Shown piece by piece: positions 51,626 to 64,000 of a stretch of 64,000 nt of DNA. A program made the position numbers and the translations under genes. Source of the DNA: Callorhinchus milii. Its lineage: Eukaryota. The stretch lies in the NCBI RefSeq assembly GCF_018977255.1, contig NW_024704743.1, positions 99,512,001-99,576,000 of the forward strand, in the 5' to 3' direction. The notes under the pieces are model-generated. The model was not told the origin of the DNA. It searched no databases and saw nothing but the letters and a program-made list of their open reading frames with translations. Each line of letters opens with the position of its first letter. The first letter of the stretch is position 1.

Positions 51626-53984
51626 ATAATTGCAACAACATGTGCTTTCAGTAACTACGATATAAAATCTGTCTAGTCTAATATATTATAATTCATCTCA
51701 GCAGGGACTTTGGCATTTGTTCTGTAACCACCATAAATAGGGTGGAGTTGAAGTTTAATTTGATTTTACTAGATATAAGATATGTTCATGAAGCACAGAG
51801 AGTGAACATTAGCATACTACATGGTAATACAATATACTGTAGCAGAAGGCATTTATCACTTATATCTCAAAATACATTGTGTAGCTAAATTGAGCTTAAT
51901 TGACCGATTACAAGCCTCCTGGTGGAATTATCTGCCACACCAATTTGGTTATAAAGACAGTGCACATTGTTATCTCAATAATACCTGAGTGATTACTGAA
52001 CGTTATTTATTATAGAACAATGACATTTGTGTTAGATTTCTGACAGCTGGTTCCTGTTCTGGGACTCTCTGGGATCAGGCGTGCTTCTGCTTGCTAATAA
52101 CGGAAATGAGGGACTGCTTTCTGGAACTCCATCTTGAATTCCCTCTGCCTTGCCCCTCCCTCCCCCCTTTCAATGCCTACCTTAAGACCCACATGCTTTC
52201 TGTTTCCTCCCCCACCCACACCCAGCTCGAACTACCACTCAGCAGAACTACCATAGGTGCATTGAGATGTCCTCCCAACATGAAAGACATTATATAAATG
52301 TAAATAGTTGTGGTAACAATGGGGATCTAATACTGTCTTCACTTTCTAAAGGGAATTCTTACTATCGCAAAAGGAACTCCTTCCATTAACTAGAAATTTG
52401 ACACACCATCTGGTGGGAACACCTCCCTGGAGCAATGTACTTTGTGTAGAGTTCCTGGGATGGCAGGACAAGTTTCTAGTTATCAGAAGGAAATTCCCAT
52501 TTGTGACTCTGATTCACTATTAAGGAAACCCATTTGAAATTGCCATGTTTTACACCTGGATATCAGATAGTTGGCTTGAATGAGAAGCAAATACTTCCGT
52601 TGGGGAACACTCCTTCTCCCAGACATTTGAAGTAACTGAAATCCTTTTGATCTCTGTGATCAAAAGGAGTCTTTTATCGATTGTCAGTTTATAGAGCGGC
52701 GTTTATTCACATAGAAGGGCATGCTTTTTGGTGTTGATGTTCCTCATCATTTACAAGTTGTTTCGATTTCTAACGTGAGTCATTAACAATGGAAAAGTGC
52801 AAATTGGTCACAGAAGGCAGGGTATTGCAATGTTTGCTATTGCTGCAATCTAAGGTTTGACGTGAAGCATATATTTAATTGCTCTGGTACTGTCATGCGT
52901 GGGAAAGAGCTTTCTTTCACATTTCATTAATGAATTACAACTTGCAAAAAGTAAAACTGTACAATGGGTATTTAAGAAAATGAAATACGTTTTGGAACTG
53001 TCTGTCTCTACAGAGATGGAATTATACTGCAATGAAGTTAGAAATAATTAGATAGAATTATCAAGAGCTTGCATTATTCTGAATTGTACTATGTAGACAA
53101 TTGGTCTGACCTGTGTTGGGATGAGTATCTTTAGAGTTTTCTTGCATCATATTTATTGTTGGTGTGGCATTGCACACAGCTTCACCCTAACTTCTCTGCT
53201 GCCCTCTATTGGACAATGTGATTGTGATTCCCTTCTCACTCTTACGTTTAAACCAAATGGTACAAGTGTGATGTCTCAGTCTCTCCTTCTGTGGTTCCTT
53301 CTCTTTTTGCCTAATCTCAATAGACTTTTGTCTATTTTTCTTTTAAAATATCATACAAGCATTCATTCATTCTCACATCTCAGAGTAATATCCCACTGTT
53401 CCAAGTACTACTGAAAGCAAGTTCTCTCTTGTCTCCCCAAAGCCTCATTTGGTAAAATCACTGCTTGATGCCACACAGACCTGGAACATTCCCCAGTGTG
53501 TTTTCTGAGTTAGCTGATAATGTCTGGATGTCATCTAAGGGCTGAATTAGACTTGGCTGTGATGCTTCCCACATTCAAAAAGCTGACACTCAGTGTCTTG
53601 AGCTCTGAGATTGAAGAATGGGTATTTATTTGGGTGAAGTGCTGGCTGGCCACTTTCATTTCCCAGCATGAATCAGTATGTTTGTAGCAAAGAAAGAAAG
53701 AATAGGCTAAAGGGAAACTGATCTCTCTGACTGACATTTGATACATTCAGCTCAATTCTACAATTATTGGAGCAGTGTCGCATATCAGGACACGGTTGAA
53801 GATTTAATAATAATATTAATAGTTGCATTTGACAAGGTGCTTATAAGGTATAGTGACTGCATGTTTGAATCATGTAAATATAAAACACAGAAGACGGATT
53901 TTTTTTGTGTTGATGGTTAATGCTTTAAGAAGCAATCCATTCCCGACTCTAAGTTTGAAGAGGTCTTGGATTTCTTTATCTCCA

Positions 53985-55642
53985 AGACTGTTAACATCCG
54001 CCTGGCTGCCTCCCCAACCTGCCCCATATCCCCACACCACCACTCCCCATTTCTTCTCCATCACCCACTGCTCTTCCCATGGATTCTACCACGGACCCCA
54101 GCCTATACTCCTTGGTCCCCATCTCTCCTTCCTCCCTCTCATCCTCCATCACCCAGATGAAACCCACCACCTGCTGCCGTGATCTCCTCCTCACCCAGCT
54201 GCTGGTTGTTCAACTCACCCTCCTCTGCCCACTGCTGGCAGATACCATAAATCAATCCCTCTCCTCAGGCTTAGTCCCACTCCCCTTTAAAAAACGCTCC
54301 TTAAAAAACATACATCACTTCAACCTCGGATACTACCATTCCTTTTCAAATCTGCCCTTCCTGGCCAAAGGCCTGGAACATGTTGTTGCAAACCAACTTT
54401 GCTCACACTGAAGCCTCACGCCCTACTCAAACTCCTCCAGTCCAGTTACCGCCCAGCACACAGCGCAGAGACAGCGCTCGACAAAGTAACAAATGACGTC
54501 CTCTCTCTCTGAGACCATGGCTCCCTCTGCCTCCTCATCCTCCTGGACCACTCTGCTGCGTTTGACAAAGTTGACCATGCCATTCTCCTCCACCACCTCT
54601 CCTCTCTCATCCACCTTAGTGAGACCGCACTCATATGGTTTTAGTTCTACTAACCAACCGCCAGCACTTCATCTGAGCTAATGGTTTTTCCTCTCGCCCC
54701 CACCCAGTCACCTGAGGGGTTCTCCAAGGCTCCATCCTTGGCCCCCTTTTTTTCCTCAGCTACATGCTCCCTCTCGGCAAAGCCATCCACAGACCTGGGG
54801 TAAACTTCCGCATGTATGCGGATGACACACAAGTCTACTTCTCTTCCTCCAGCTGTGACTCTCAGTCCGCTGATGTTCTGTCAGCGTGTCTGACAGACAT
54901 CAAGGCCTGGACTAGTGCAAAGTTCCTGCAGCTGAACATTGAGAAGATGAAAGCCATACTCTTTGGCTTCCGTCAACATCTTCTCTCCTGCAGTTCAGAC
55001 TTCCTTACCCTCCCCGATCTCTTCTGTGGTTCAGAACTCCTCACCTCCCTGATCTCCTCACCCTCCTCGATCTCCTCACACTCTCCGATCTCCTCATCCT
55101 ACCCAATCTCTCCCTAGGACTCACCGAACCCGTGAGCAACTTTGGGTCAGGTTCGATCCCCAGCTATGCTTCTTACTCCACATCCATTCCCTGGCCAGGT
55201 TTGCTTTCCTTCCCCTCCACTGACCATCTTGTCCACACCTTCAGCACCTCTGGCCTTGACTACTCAAACATCAAAAATCTGCCACAAACACTCTCATCTG
55301 CACTAAACTCCCTACCTCCATTACCGCAGTCCTTAAACTCCATTGGTTCCCTGTCACAGAGCGGATCGACTTCAAGATCCTCATTCTTGTGTTTAATTCC
55401 CTTCACGCCCTGGCACCCCCATCTCTCCAATCTGCTATCTCCTTAGAATACTACCTGCTGCCTCGACTCGACTGTCTCTGGCCTATTCATTGTCCGTCGG
55501 GCCCTCCGCCCCACCATTGGTGGCTGTGTTTTCAGCCACTACACCCCAAAGCTGTGGAACCCTCTCCCTTAACCCTTTACCTTGCCCTCTCTGAGACCTC
55601 ATGTGGAGAGAAGTATGCTACATAAATGCAAGTTGTTTGTTA
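53985..55642 (+). mobile_element. Decayed L2 ORF2 (RT) with tail
   Basis: MKPTTC..DTINQSLSSG, SNLPFLAKGLE, FRMYADDTQVY, SGLDYSN; contains a ~18-bp x4 CTCCTCA minisatellite at 55038-55112. Confidence 0.92.
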
Positions 55643-55849
55643 GTTTGTCTAACCCTATTCTCGCTGATACTCTTCCTCTGCTTGACTAATTCGATTTATA
55701 ATACCTCAGTTGTCTCTGCTGTAACAGCCACCTCTAGCAAATTATTCCATACTAAACATCTCTCTGGGATAAGGGGTTCTTCCAAATAACTCCTTTCACT
55801 TCCCTGTAGGTAAATGCGGCAGTCAATTTGCACACTGCAGTCATGAGAT

Positions 55850-56600
55850 TGCAAGATTGGTTTGGATAAAGAAGCCCCTTAAGCCCATCTTATCTCATCC
55901 CTCCAAAGCAGTCACTACGGTTCCCCCTGTCACAGAATTAAGCTGATTTTTACACAAGGCCAGTGTCCTAGTCTGAACCATCTTTCCAGCAACTTGTTCC
56001 AGTTGTTAAATACCCTCTGAGTAGAAAGAAACTTCCTAGTATCTATACTGAACTTGCCCTTTACAACTATAAACCCATGTCCTCGTGCTCTACTGTCTTG
56101 TGTGCTTCCTAAAATATTGATCTGGGTTAACTTTCTCAATCACATTTAAATTGTTGTACACTTTACAAGATCTACTTTGAGTTGTCTTCTCTCAAAACTG
56201 AAGAGCCCTTGCTGTCTAATCATTGCTCGCAGGTCAACTTCTAACACTGGGGATCATCCTTGTTGCTTTTCCCTGCCTCTCCACCTTGGGCATCACTCTT
56301 ATATTATGGTGATCAGAACTGTATGAAGCACTCAAGATATGGTCTGACCAGATCACTCTACAACTGAGTATGACATCTGAGTATCCTATTTGCCTTATTT
56401 TTGTTGCTACTTACTACGTTTTGACATAGTGACCAACAGATCAATTAACACCCCAAGATCTCGTTCAACTTCCCCTTTGGCAAACTCTATCCCATCTATG
56501 GAATACTTCTGTTTCCTATTCTTGCATCCTATATGTAGCACCTTGCAATTATCCGTATTGAACTTAATTTGCCAATTATCAGCTCACGTGTATATCGTAT
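55850..56600 (-). mobile_element. Older CR1 3' fragment
   Basis: RARGHGF..QRVFNNWNKL; RDLGV-type motif at ~56450-56465 on the minus strand. Confidence 0.8.
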
Positions 56601-57019
56601 AACATACAAAAGCAAGGCAGTGAATGATCAATTATTGCCCAGCACATTGTCAGAATTTTTGTTGGAATAGTTTCCTGGGCAGCAAACCATCTTAAACTTC
56701 TCATAGCTTATAAGTTACAGAATCAGTTTTATTCCCCAACTATTCTCTAACTTCCTGAGAACATTGCTTTGATGGCTTTAGTAACATATTCACCAATCAC
56801 CCTGATACCTCAGCAAAATTCATTCAATAACAATAATAACACTCATTATTATAACAATTGTATTTGATAAAACACTTATAATATTATAATATGGAAATTC
56901 ATCGCCATGCTTAAACATATCCAAACCAAACAGAGTTCCACCTCTATGGAAATTCCAGGGGTATTTATTAGAATGGAATGTGCACTCTCTCTCTGATGCA
57001 TCCAGCTTACTAATTTCTA

Positions 57020-57260
57020 CCACCCTTTGAGTGAAAAAATGCTTCCTGATTTCACTCTTAAATGGCCTGGTTCTAATTTTAAGACTATGCCCCTTGTTTT
57101 GGATTTCCTCACCAGAGGAAATAGCTTCTCTGCATCTAACCTATTGAATCTGTTCATCATCTTAAATACCTCAATCAAATCACCCCTCAACCTTCTAAAC
57201 TCAAGGGAATACAATCCAAGTTTACACAGCCTTTCCTTGTAACTTTACCCTTTTAAGTTG
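57020..57260 (-). mobile_element. CR1 fragment
   Basis: YSLEFRRLRGDLIEVFKMM..KLFPLV..KTRG. Confidence 0.9.
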
Positions 57261-57261
57261 A

Positions 57262-57555
57262 GTGAGTCCTATAGCTCAGTGGTTAGAACACTCGCCTCGC
57301 AAGCAAGGGGACCTGGGTTTAATTATCAGCAGGGCGAAATGCTGAGCAAGTTACCTTATTCCACACACCTTGTTGGTAGGAACCCGGTTGTTAGTCGATT
57401 GGCGGATCGCTTTTGAACCCCACAAACTGCTCAAAGTGATAGGCTGTCAGATACCGACTTAATACACAGTCACTGTACTTTTTTGAAGCGCTTTGAGATG
57501 TCTTGAAGATGTGATAAAGCGCTATATCAAATGCAAGGATTATTATTATATTATC
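57262..57555 (+). mobile_element. SINE variant: same head and tail as the young family, different core
   Basis: GAGTCCTATAGCTCAGTGGTTAG head; core TAGGAACCCGGTTGTTAGTCGATTGGCGGATCG..GATACCGACTT; standard tail. Confidence 0.8.
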
Positions 57556-57819
57556 ATTAATTCACTTGGAATCACAAGATTGGTTCAGAAGAAGACCTTT
57601 TGGCCTATTTGATCCTATCCTTCCAGAGTATCCACCCTTCCAGACAGACCTGTTTCTTAAATAACTCTTGTGCCTGCCCTGTCATGCGAAGGAATTCTTA
57701 AATGTTGCTTCCAGTTGATAAAATAACATTCTGGACAGTATCCAATAACCACATGATTTTAGTGCCGAATAATATTTAACAGGTCTGAATGTGTTGTGTT
57801 TCTGAATCCACTTGATAAT

Positions 57820-58158
57820 GTGGAATCCTATAGCTTAGTGGTTTGATTCTTGGATAGGGCGAACCTTTAAGGCAAGTTTCCTTATTTCACACATTTCTGT
57901 TTACCTGGGAGAAACTAGGAACCCAGTTGTTAGGCGATTGGTGCATCAATTTTTTTGAGGTAATGATCCCTCCAAATTCTTTTAAAAAATAATAATTTGT
58001 GGGACACTGCTGTGTAAAATTGGCGGCCATATTTTGTCCACAAAATATACAGGCAATTCACTTTATAATAATAGTAATACAGTATATTCTGTGAGGGCTT
58101 TGAGATGTCTCGAAGATATGATACAGGCGCTATATCAAATTCAAGGATTATTATTATG
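57820..58158 (+). mobile_element. SINE with extended CORE-like segment
   Basis: GGCAAGTTTCCTTA..CTGTTTACCTGG..TAGGAACCCAGTTGTTAGG followed by the standard body and tail. Confidence 0.75.
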
Positions 58159-58685
58159 TAATATTTATCCCATTGAATAGACTGTGAAATGTTACAAGAT
58201 TTACCCCAAATTATTGAATTGACAGAATCAGCCTCTGATAAATTAATATTGAATAGTGAAGAATGTGATGATGAATGTATTTTTGCCTCCTTAATTCCTT
58301 TGTGAATTTTATTTTATTAAATTCTGTAGTATTTCATTATTTTTTAAATTCCGTAGCACTTGCTTGTTTACTGCCGTGCTTCGAGAGCTATGATCCTCAT
58401 CAGCAACGCCAGAGTATTCTGTCAGCAAATCTCATTCAGGTTTTATGGGTAAATACCAATGTTAGACAGCTGTATGCTGATGAGAATCAGGCTTGAGGTC
58501 ACTTATCGGGGAACTAGGCAATTTGTATGTGCTTAACAACATCCCTAGTCAAATTGAACAGTACAAATTTAAGTTAAAAAAATTGCCTCCTTAATGGTTA
58601 TTGATTGAACTATGTGAAAAAAATACTCAATGCGAAAGAAGAGAGATGGTTTGCCTTGTCACTTAGAGCGTTATATTAATTGTGT

Positions 58686-58699
58686 GGTAACATAGCAAC
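58686..58699. promoter_or_regulatory. Imperfect RFX X-box-like motif GGTAACATAGCAAC
   Basis: Strong GTTGCTATG half-site on the minus strand, within a ~1.5-kb repeat-free, mildly CpG-enriched stretch. Confidence 0.3.
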
Positions 58700-60077
58700 C
58701 CACGGCTACCAAACACGTTGAATAATCTTAACACTTGAAATGTTTGGATTAAAACGTTCGATGTTTTATAAGGCTTGTCTGATGCAGAAACTGAAAAAAG
58801 CTGCTAGCAGGGTTAAACCTGCTGCCGGGAAGGACCTGGGCGGTCAAGTTGGTCTCAGAGTAAAAAGAAAAATACAAGGCAGATTCCATCTTGTGATTTT
58901 CTAATCCACGGGTCAACCAAAGAACAGTTTTAACAGCCTCTTTGGAGATAGCGGTGAGCAGTTGAGTCCTGCATTGAGGCACGTCGTGTGGATGCAGTGC
59001 TCAGAGCAGGGGTGTGGTAGAAGAGGTGAGGGGAAAGAAAAAACTTCTCAAAACAAAGTAAAACTAATTAGGATTCAGGATGACAATTACAATTTGTTTA
59101 CTTCTTGCAAAACAATGGCATGGTGAAAATTCAGTATGTGATAACTATTACATCACAAACTGCTCAACAATAAATCCATGTCTAGAGTTCTACTGTTGCT
59201 TGCAATGGATGCAGGCAGTACTGAATGATTAATTTCTCTATCACTGCTTATACTTTGCGATTCTGCTGCAGTATCGCACCACATGATTGTGAATCGCCTG
59301 TTTTGAACTCCCACTACTGTAATGGAGCTAAACATGTTGAATGTTAACAATTATGTTGAAAACTCTTAACCAAATAATTTTGAAATCGGAATTAATATTT
59401 GGTAAATGATTATTTGCTTGTTATTAAAGTAAAAGACGGACATTTTATGTTCTTATTTCTCCAGGGCCCTTTATTCCCCCTTTCTTATCAATCATTTGAT
59501 TCTAGTGTGTTTCACATGTAGATTAGAGCTGTGGTACATTGACTGGGATTTCTGGATGTTCCATCATATGTGATGCCCTTTACCTTTGGGCCCTGCTGAC
59601 AAGAACTCACTCATGCTGAGGATCACTTGACCTATATCAGTTCCAACAGAATACTTTTTTTCCCGTCATACATATCTACATATTTACATATGACGCAGCC
59701 TGTCTCAGTTGGTAGGACTCTCACCTCTGAGTCAGAAGGGGTTTTGAACTAACGGTTAAGGTTGACATGCCAATACAGGCATAAAGTGATTCAATAATTA
59801 TGTGATTTCACACACAAAATACAATACATTATATATCACTCTATGCTAATAAAACAACAATGTCTGTCTGCGCTTCAAGAAGGATCTCAATAACCGATCA
59901 ACATAGAGACATGATTTATATCTCATCGAAAGATCTTGCAACTGGAAGTGACATGGGCATATTTGTTTTTGTTTATCGTTCATGAGTTATTTTCAGTTTT
60001 GATTTTTTTTTCACTGCAGTTACTCCTGGTGGCCACTGAGTCAAAGCAAGTTGTGGCATTATGCATTACAGAGCACC

Positions 60078-61940
60078 TACTACAACAACAACAAGATTAC
60101 ATTTGTATAGCGCCTTTCACATCGGGAGGATGTCCCAAGGCGCTGGACAGAGTATAGCATTTCAGACCCGAGCTGGGGTCGGGAGGGGAAAGGAGAGGAG
60201 GGGAAGGGGGGTGGCCGATGGCATGGTCGAAGAGGAGGGTCTTGAAGCGAGACTTGAAGGAGGCTAAGGAGGGGGCAAGGCGGAATGACTGGGGGAAGGA
60301 ATTCCAGGGTTGGGGGCAGAGTGGCTGAAGGCTCTCCAGCCAATGGTGGGGCGGGTGGGTCGGGAGACGTGGAGCAGGCCAGAGACGGCTGAGCGGAGAG
60401 AACGGGTGGGTTGGTAGGGGGTTAGGAGGTCGCAGAGGTAGGGTGGGTCGAGGCCATGGCGGGCTTTGTATGTGAGGACCAGGATCTTGAACTGGATCCT
60501 CTGAAAGATAGGGAGCCAGTGGAGTCGGGCGAGAGTGGCGGAGATGGGGGTCACAGAGTTTGGTGTGACAGAGGACACTGGCTTTGTAGTTCTGGATTAT
60601 CTGCAGCCTGTGGAGGGAGGGGTTGGGAAGGCCGACAAGCAGGGCGTTTGCATAGTCGAGCATGGAGGTGATGAAGGCATGAACAAGAGTTTCAGCGGCC
60701 TGAGGGGTGAGGTAGTGGCAGAGTCGGGCGATATTACGGAGGTGAGGGAAGGCAGAGCGGGTCATGGCTTGAATGTGGGCGAGAAAAGACAGTTGAGGGT
60801 CGACCAAGGCACCTGGGTTCCTGACTGACTTGGTGAGTTGTAGTGTGCAACCATGGAGGTTGATGTTGACAGAGCCTGAGGTGCTGAGGCGATGGCGCGA
60901 GCCAATCAGGAGGGCCTCAGTCTTGTTTACATTCAACTGTAGGACATTTGTCCTCATCCATGACTTGATGTCCGACAGGCAGTCTGTCAGAACAGCAGTG
61001 GTCCTGGAGTTGAGGATGGAAGCAGAAAGATAGAGTTGGGTGTCATCCGCATACATGTGGAAGTCGACCCCATGTCTGTGCGTGGTGTCACCAAAGGGAG
61101 CATGTAGATATTAGAGGGGACCAAGGACAAAGCCCTGGGGGACGTCAGACAGTGCAGGGGCTGGAGGACAAACCATTAGAGGCAACAAAGTAGAGATGGT
61201 GAGAGAGATAGGAATCGAACCAGGCAAGGGCAGATCCGTGAAGATTGAGTAAAGCGGAGAGGCGGTGTATGAGGATGGAGTGGTCGACAGTGTCGAAGGC
61301 GGCAGAGAGGTCAAGGAGGACAAGGAGGCAGAGGGAGCCCTGATCACAGATGTTCAGAATGTCATTAGTGACTTTGACCAGGGCTATTTCAGTGCTGTGG
61401 GCAGCGTGGAAGCCGGATTGGAGGGGTTCAAAAAGGGAATGGCGAGAGAGAAAGGAGCGGAGCTGGGACGCAACGACTCATTCCAGGACCTTGGAGAGGA
61501 ATGGGAGGTTAGAGATGGGGCAGTAGCTGGAGAGGAGTGATGGATCCAGGGAAGGTTTTTTCAGGAGGGGGGTGATGACAGCTGTTTTTAGGCGGGTGGG
61601 AACTGAACCGGTGGACAGGGGGAAGTTGATGACATCGGACAGGAGGGGGATCCAGAAGGTGGAGCTGGGAGATGAGGAGAGAGGCAGGGATGAGATAATG
61701 GGATCGAGGGAGCAGGCGGTTGGTTTGAGTTTGCGGACAGTCATAATGAGGGAGGAGGGAGAGATAGGGTCGAAGAAGTATAGGGGGAGATGGGTGGGCC
61801 ATAAGGGAGAGATGATGTGGGGGTGGCTGTGGACGGGATTGAGGTGGCTGAACATATCCCCTCGATTTTAGATTCGAGGAAGACCAGCATCTCCTCGCAG
61901 TTGGAGTTTGAGGAGAGGATGGGCGAGGTATGGAAAGGTG
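60078..61940 (-). mobile_element. L2 ORF2 RT domain plus 3' tail, 5'-truncated and frameshifted
   Basis: [72 protein letters not shown]. Confidence 0.96.
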
Positions 61941-63054
61941 GACCTACATATGTCCGCACACACTCCAGTTATACCTGGTGGCTGCAGGAGCAGACTGTGG
62001 CGCTGTGGCTTCTTGTGTCACAGAGCACGCACATAGTTAAGAGGCAGGAACAAAATAAAGAACACAGACTAAGCCACGACAACAACAAGATTCCATTTTT
62101 AAAGCACTGAGTCCTCCCACTGAGTCCTCCCAAATGAGGATAAATAAAGATGAAATGTCTGTCTGTGGTTCTGCCTGTGTGCCAATCTACATGTGTGTCC
62201 ATTTTGGATCCTTTGGTTGCAAGTGTAGCTGCTATGGGTACAGCTAGTACAATACAACACAATATATAATACAATATAATCTGTGTAGTGCTTTGAGATG
62301 TCTCAATGATGTAATAAGGTGCTATATCAAATACAAGGATTATTAAAATGTATCTGGGGATTGTTGGCCAAGAGATATATCCTTCTCTTTGTAAATTGGG
62401 CCATGGGATCTTTAACGTCCAGACAAATGGGACCTCGGTTTAATTGGGACTTCGAACTTGCATAGTCTAGACTGACACTCTAGTGCAGTGTTGGTGGTGT
62501 GCTGCATTGTCAGCAGTGTCGTCCTTCTGATAAGAAGTTAAAGTGAGTTACCGCCATGCCCTGACAAATATTCCCCCAGATAAAATTGATCACTTTACAG
62601 CTGTTTGTGGGACGGTGTTGTGTGCACAATTGTCTGTCACATTTGCCCACAAGATACAATCACTACTCTTTAGAGTAAAATCCTATGAAGCTTTTTGAGA
62701 CATCCTCCTGATGTGACAGGAGGTACATTATTATGTATTAAATTATGTATTAAAAACACTTACTTTGTTCATGTGTTGAGAGCACCATTTCACATAGTGT
62801 TGTATGACCTCGAGGAAATTCGTTCATCAGGCTATAAAGAGAATGTTAATGAATATTCCTTTTGACTCACAGATTCTGTAATATGATATTAAAAACCAAC
62901 TGCTGCTAGGTCATATTGACTTTATTCCATTGGCATAAGTTAAATATAGTCCAAGTACATCTTACAACCTGAGTAGAGTACACTGTGCAAGTATTAGTAA
63001 ACTGTAGGGTATTCAATGAATTGAATTCTCTTTCTCTCTTCTCCCCGCACCCCC

Positions 63055-63240
63055 TAATAATAGTAATAATAATCCTTGCATTTGATATAGTGCCTTATCA
63101 CATCTTCAAGACATCTCAAAGCTTTTCGCAGAATATACTGTAAAGTGAATTATTATTATTATTATTATTATTATTAAAGTGAATTGACTGTATATTTTGT
63201 GGGCGAAATGCGGCAGCCAATTGTGCAGAACAATGTCCCA
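63055..63240 (-). mobile_element. Young SINE 3' fragment with internal (TTA)n expansion
   Basis: TAAAGTGAATT is duplicated around a (TTA)n run within the SINE body. Confidence 0.85.
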
Positions 63241-64000
63241 AATGATAATTTTACTCAACTAATATTAAATCTTTCGTCTATAACCTCTGTTGAAAATGTT
63301 TGAGTTGGGTTAGATACCTCTTATGTAGGAAGCTACACTTTGCGGATGAATTGCGGAAAATTCAGTTTTAATTTAGAAGCCTGTTTTCCACGGCACTTAA
63401 AATGAAGAGCTTCTTAATTAAGAATGTTCCACAATACTGCACCATGATAAATCTAAAGGCAAAATGGTGCTCCAGACTAACACCAAGTGAAATTTCAATG
63501 GTTTCTAGAAAGTCAGTATTTAAACTACCACCATCCAAACAGTCATCCCCAAACACAAAGGATCCACTATCAAGGAGGTTGGAGTTGGTAAATGATAATG
63601 ATCCCTTTTCAATCTGAACTTTTCCTCATACTGTTCCTCTACTAGATCACCATAATTCATCTTTGGCTTATGAGTCACCTGTTCCTCTGTGCCTGGATTT
63701 ATTTCTCCTTATGTTTCTCTTCAGAAGGAGCACTGTCTTCAGTTATCCCAAGCAAGGACATTGCCTGAAATAGCACAAAACCAGCTGGAGCCACTGTGCA
63801 CATTCTAAACCATTTTTTAAAATTAAACTTAATTTTAGCATTGATGCAAACCTCCAGTTATATTTTTAAACATTACATTTAATACTCATTTAATTGGATG
63901 TAACCCACACTCCTCTCTCTTTAATAAATACTATAATACTATATCTAAAAGTACAAGAGACATTTTCAAATCCCATTGACAATGGGCAGAAAATTGAGGG

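Noticed and set aside
53460..53746. Unique-looking 71-aa minus-strand ORF
   Set aside because: LSVSFLNVGSITAK resembles a decayed LINE APE endonuclease N-terminus, so it is probably TE-derived.
60097..61056. 319-aa ORF as a host gene or active RT
   Set aside because: It is the L2 ORF2 C-terminus starting at YADD, drifting out of frame after about residue 170; the element is truncated.
61941..62100. Possible LTR fragment (AATAAA..CACGACAACA)
   Set aside because: Too short; the end can equally be an L2 (CAA)n tail remnant.

Overview
Repeat-rich, AT-rich vertebrate nuclear DNA. The repeat set (L2 and CR1 LINEs, tRNA-headed SINEs with Deu-like bodies and L2 tails) points to a cartilaginous fish, plausibly a chimaera/elephant shark; this is inference. 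I can recognise no intact protein-coding gene, rRNA, tRNA gene or CRISPR array. Nearly all listed ORFs are decayed LINE fragments, SINE or microsatellite read-through, or chance ORFs. A few weak exon candidates and two RFX X-box-like motifs are noted at low confidence. The most notable structure is rearrangement-related: (1) a ~5.5-kb, 1.9-copy tandem array of a ~2.87-kb unit sits inside an L2 element in place of its YADD region and has an apparent gene-conversion tract; (2) several fold-backs and locally templated insertions lie exactly at retroelement junctions; (3) a nested, T-shaped palindrome; (4) an unclassified ancient repeat in five copies. Repeat boundaries and identities were estimated by eye and are approximate.
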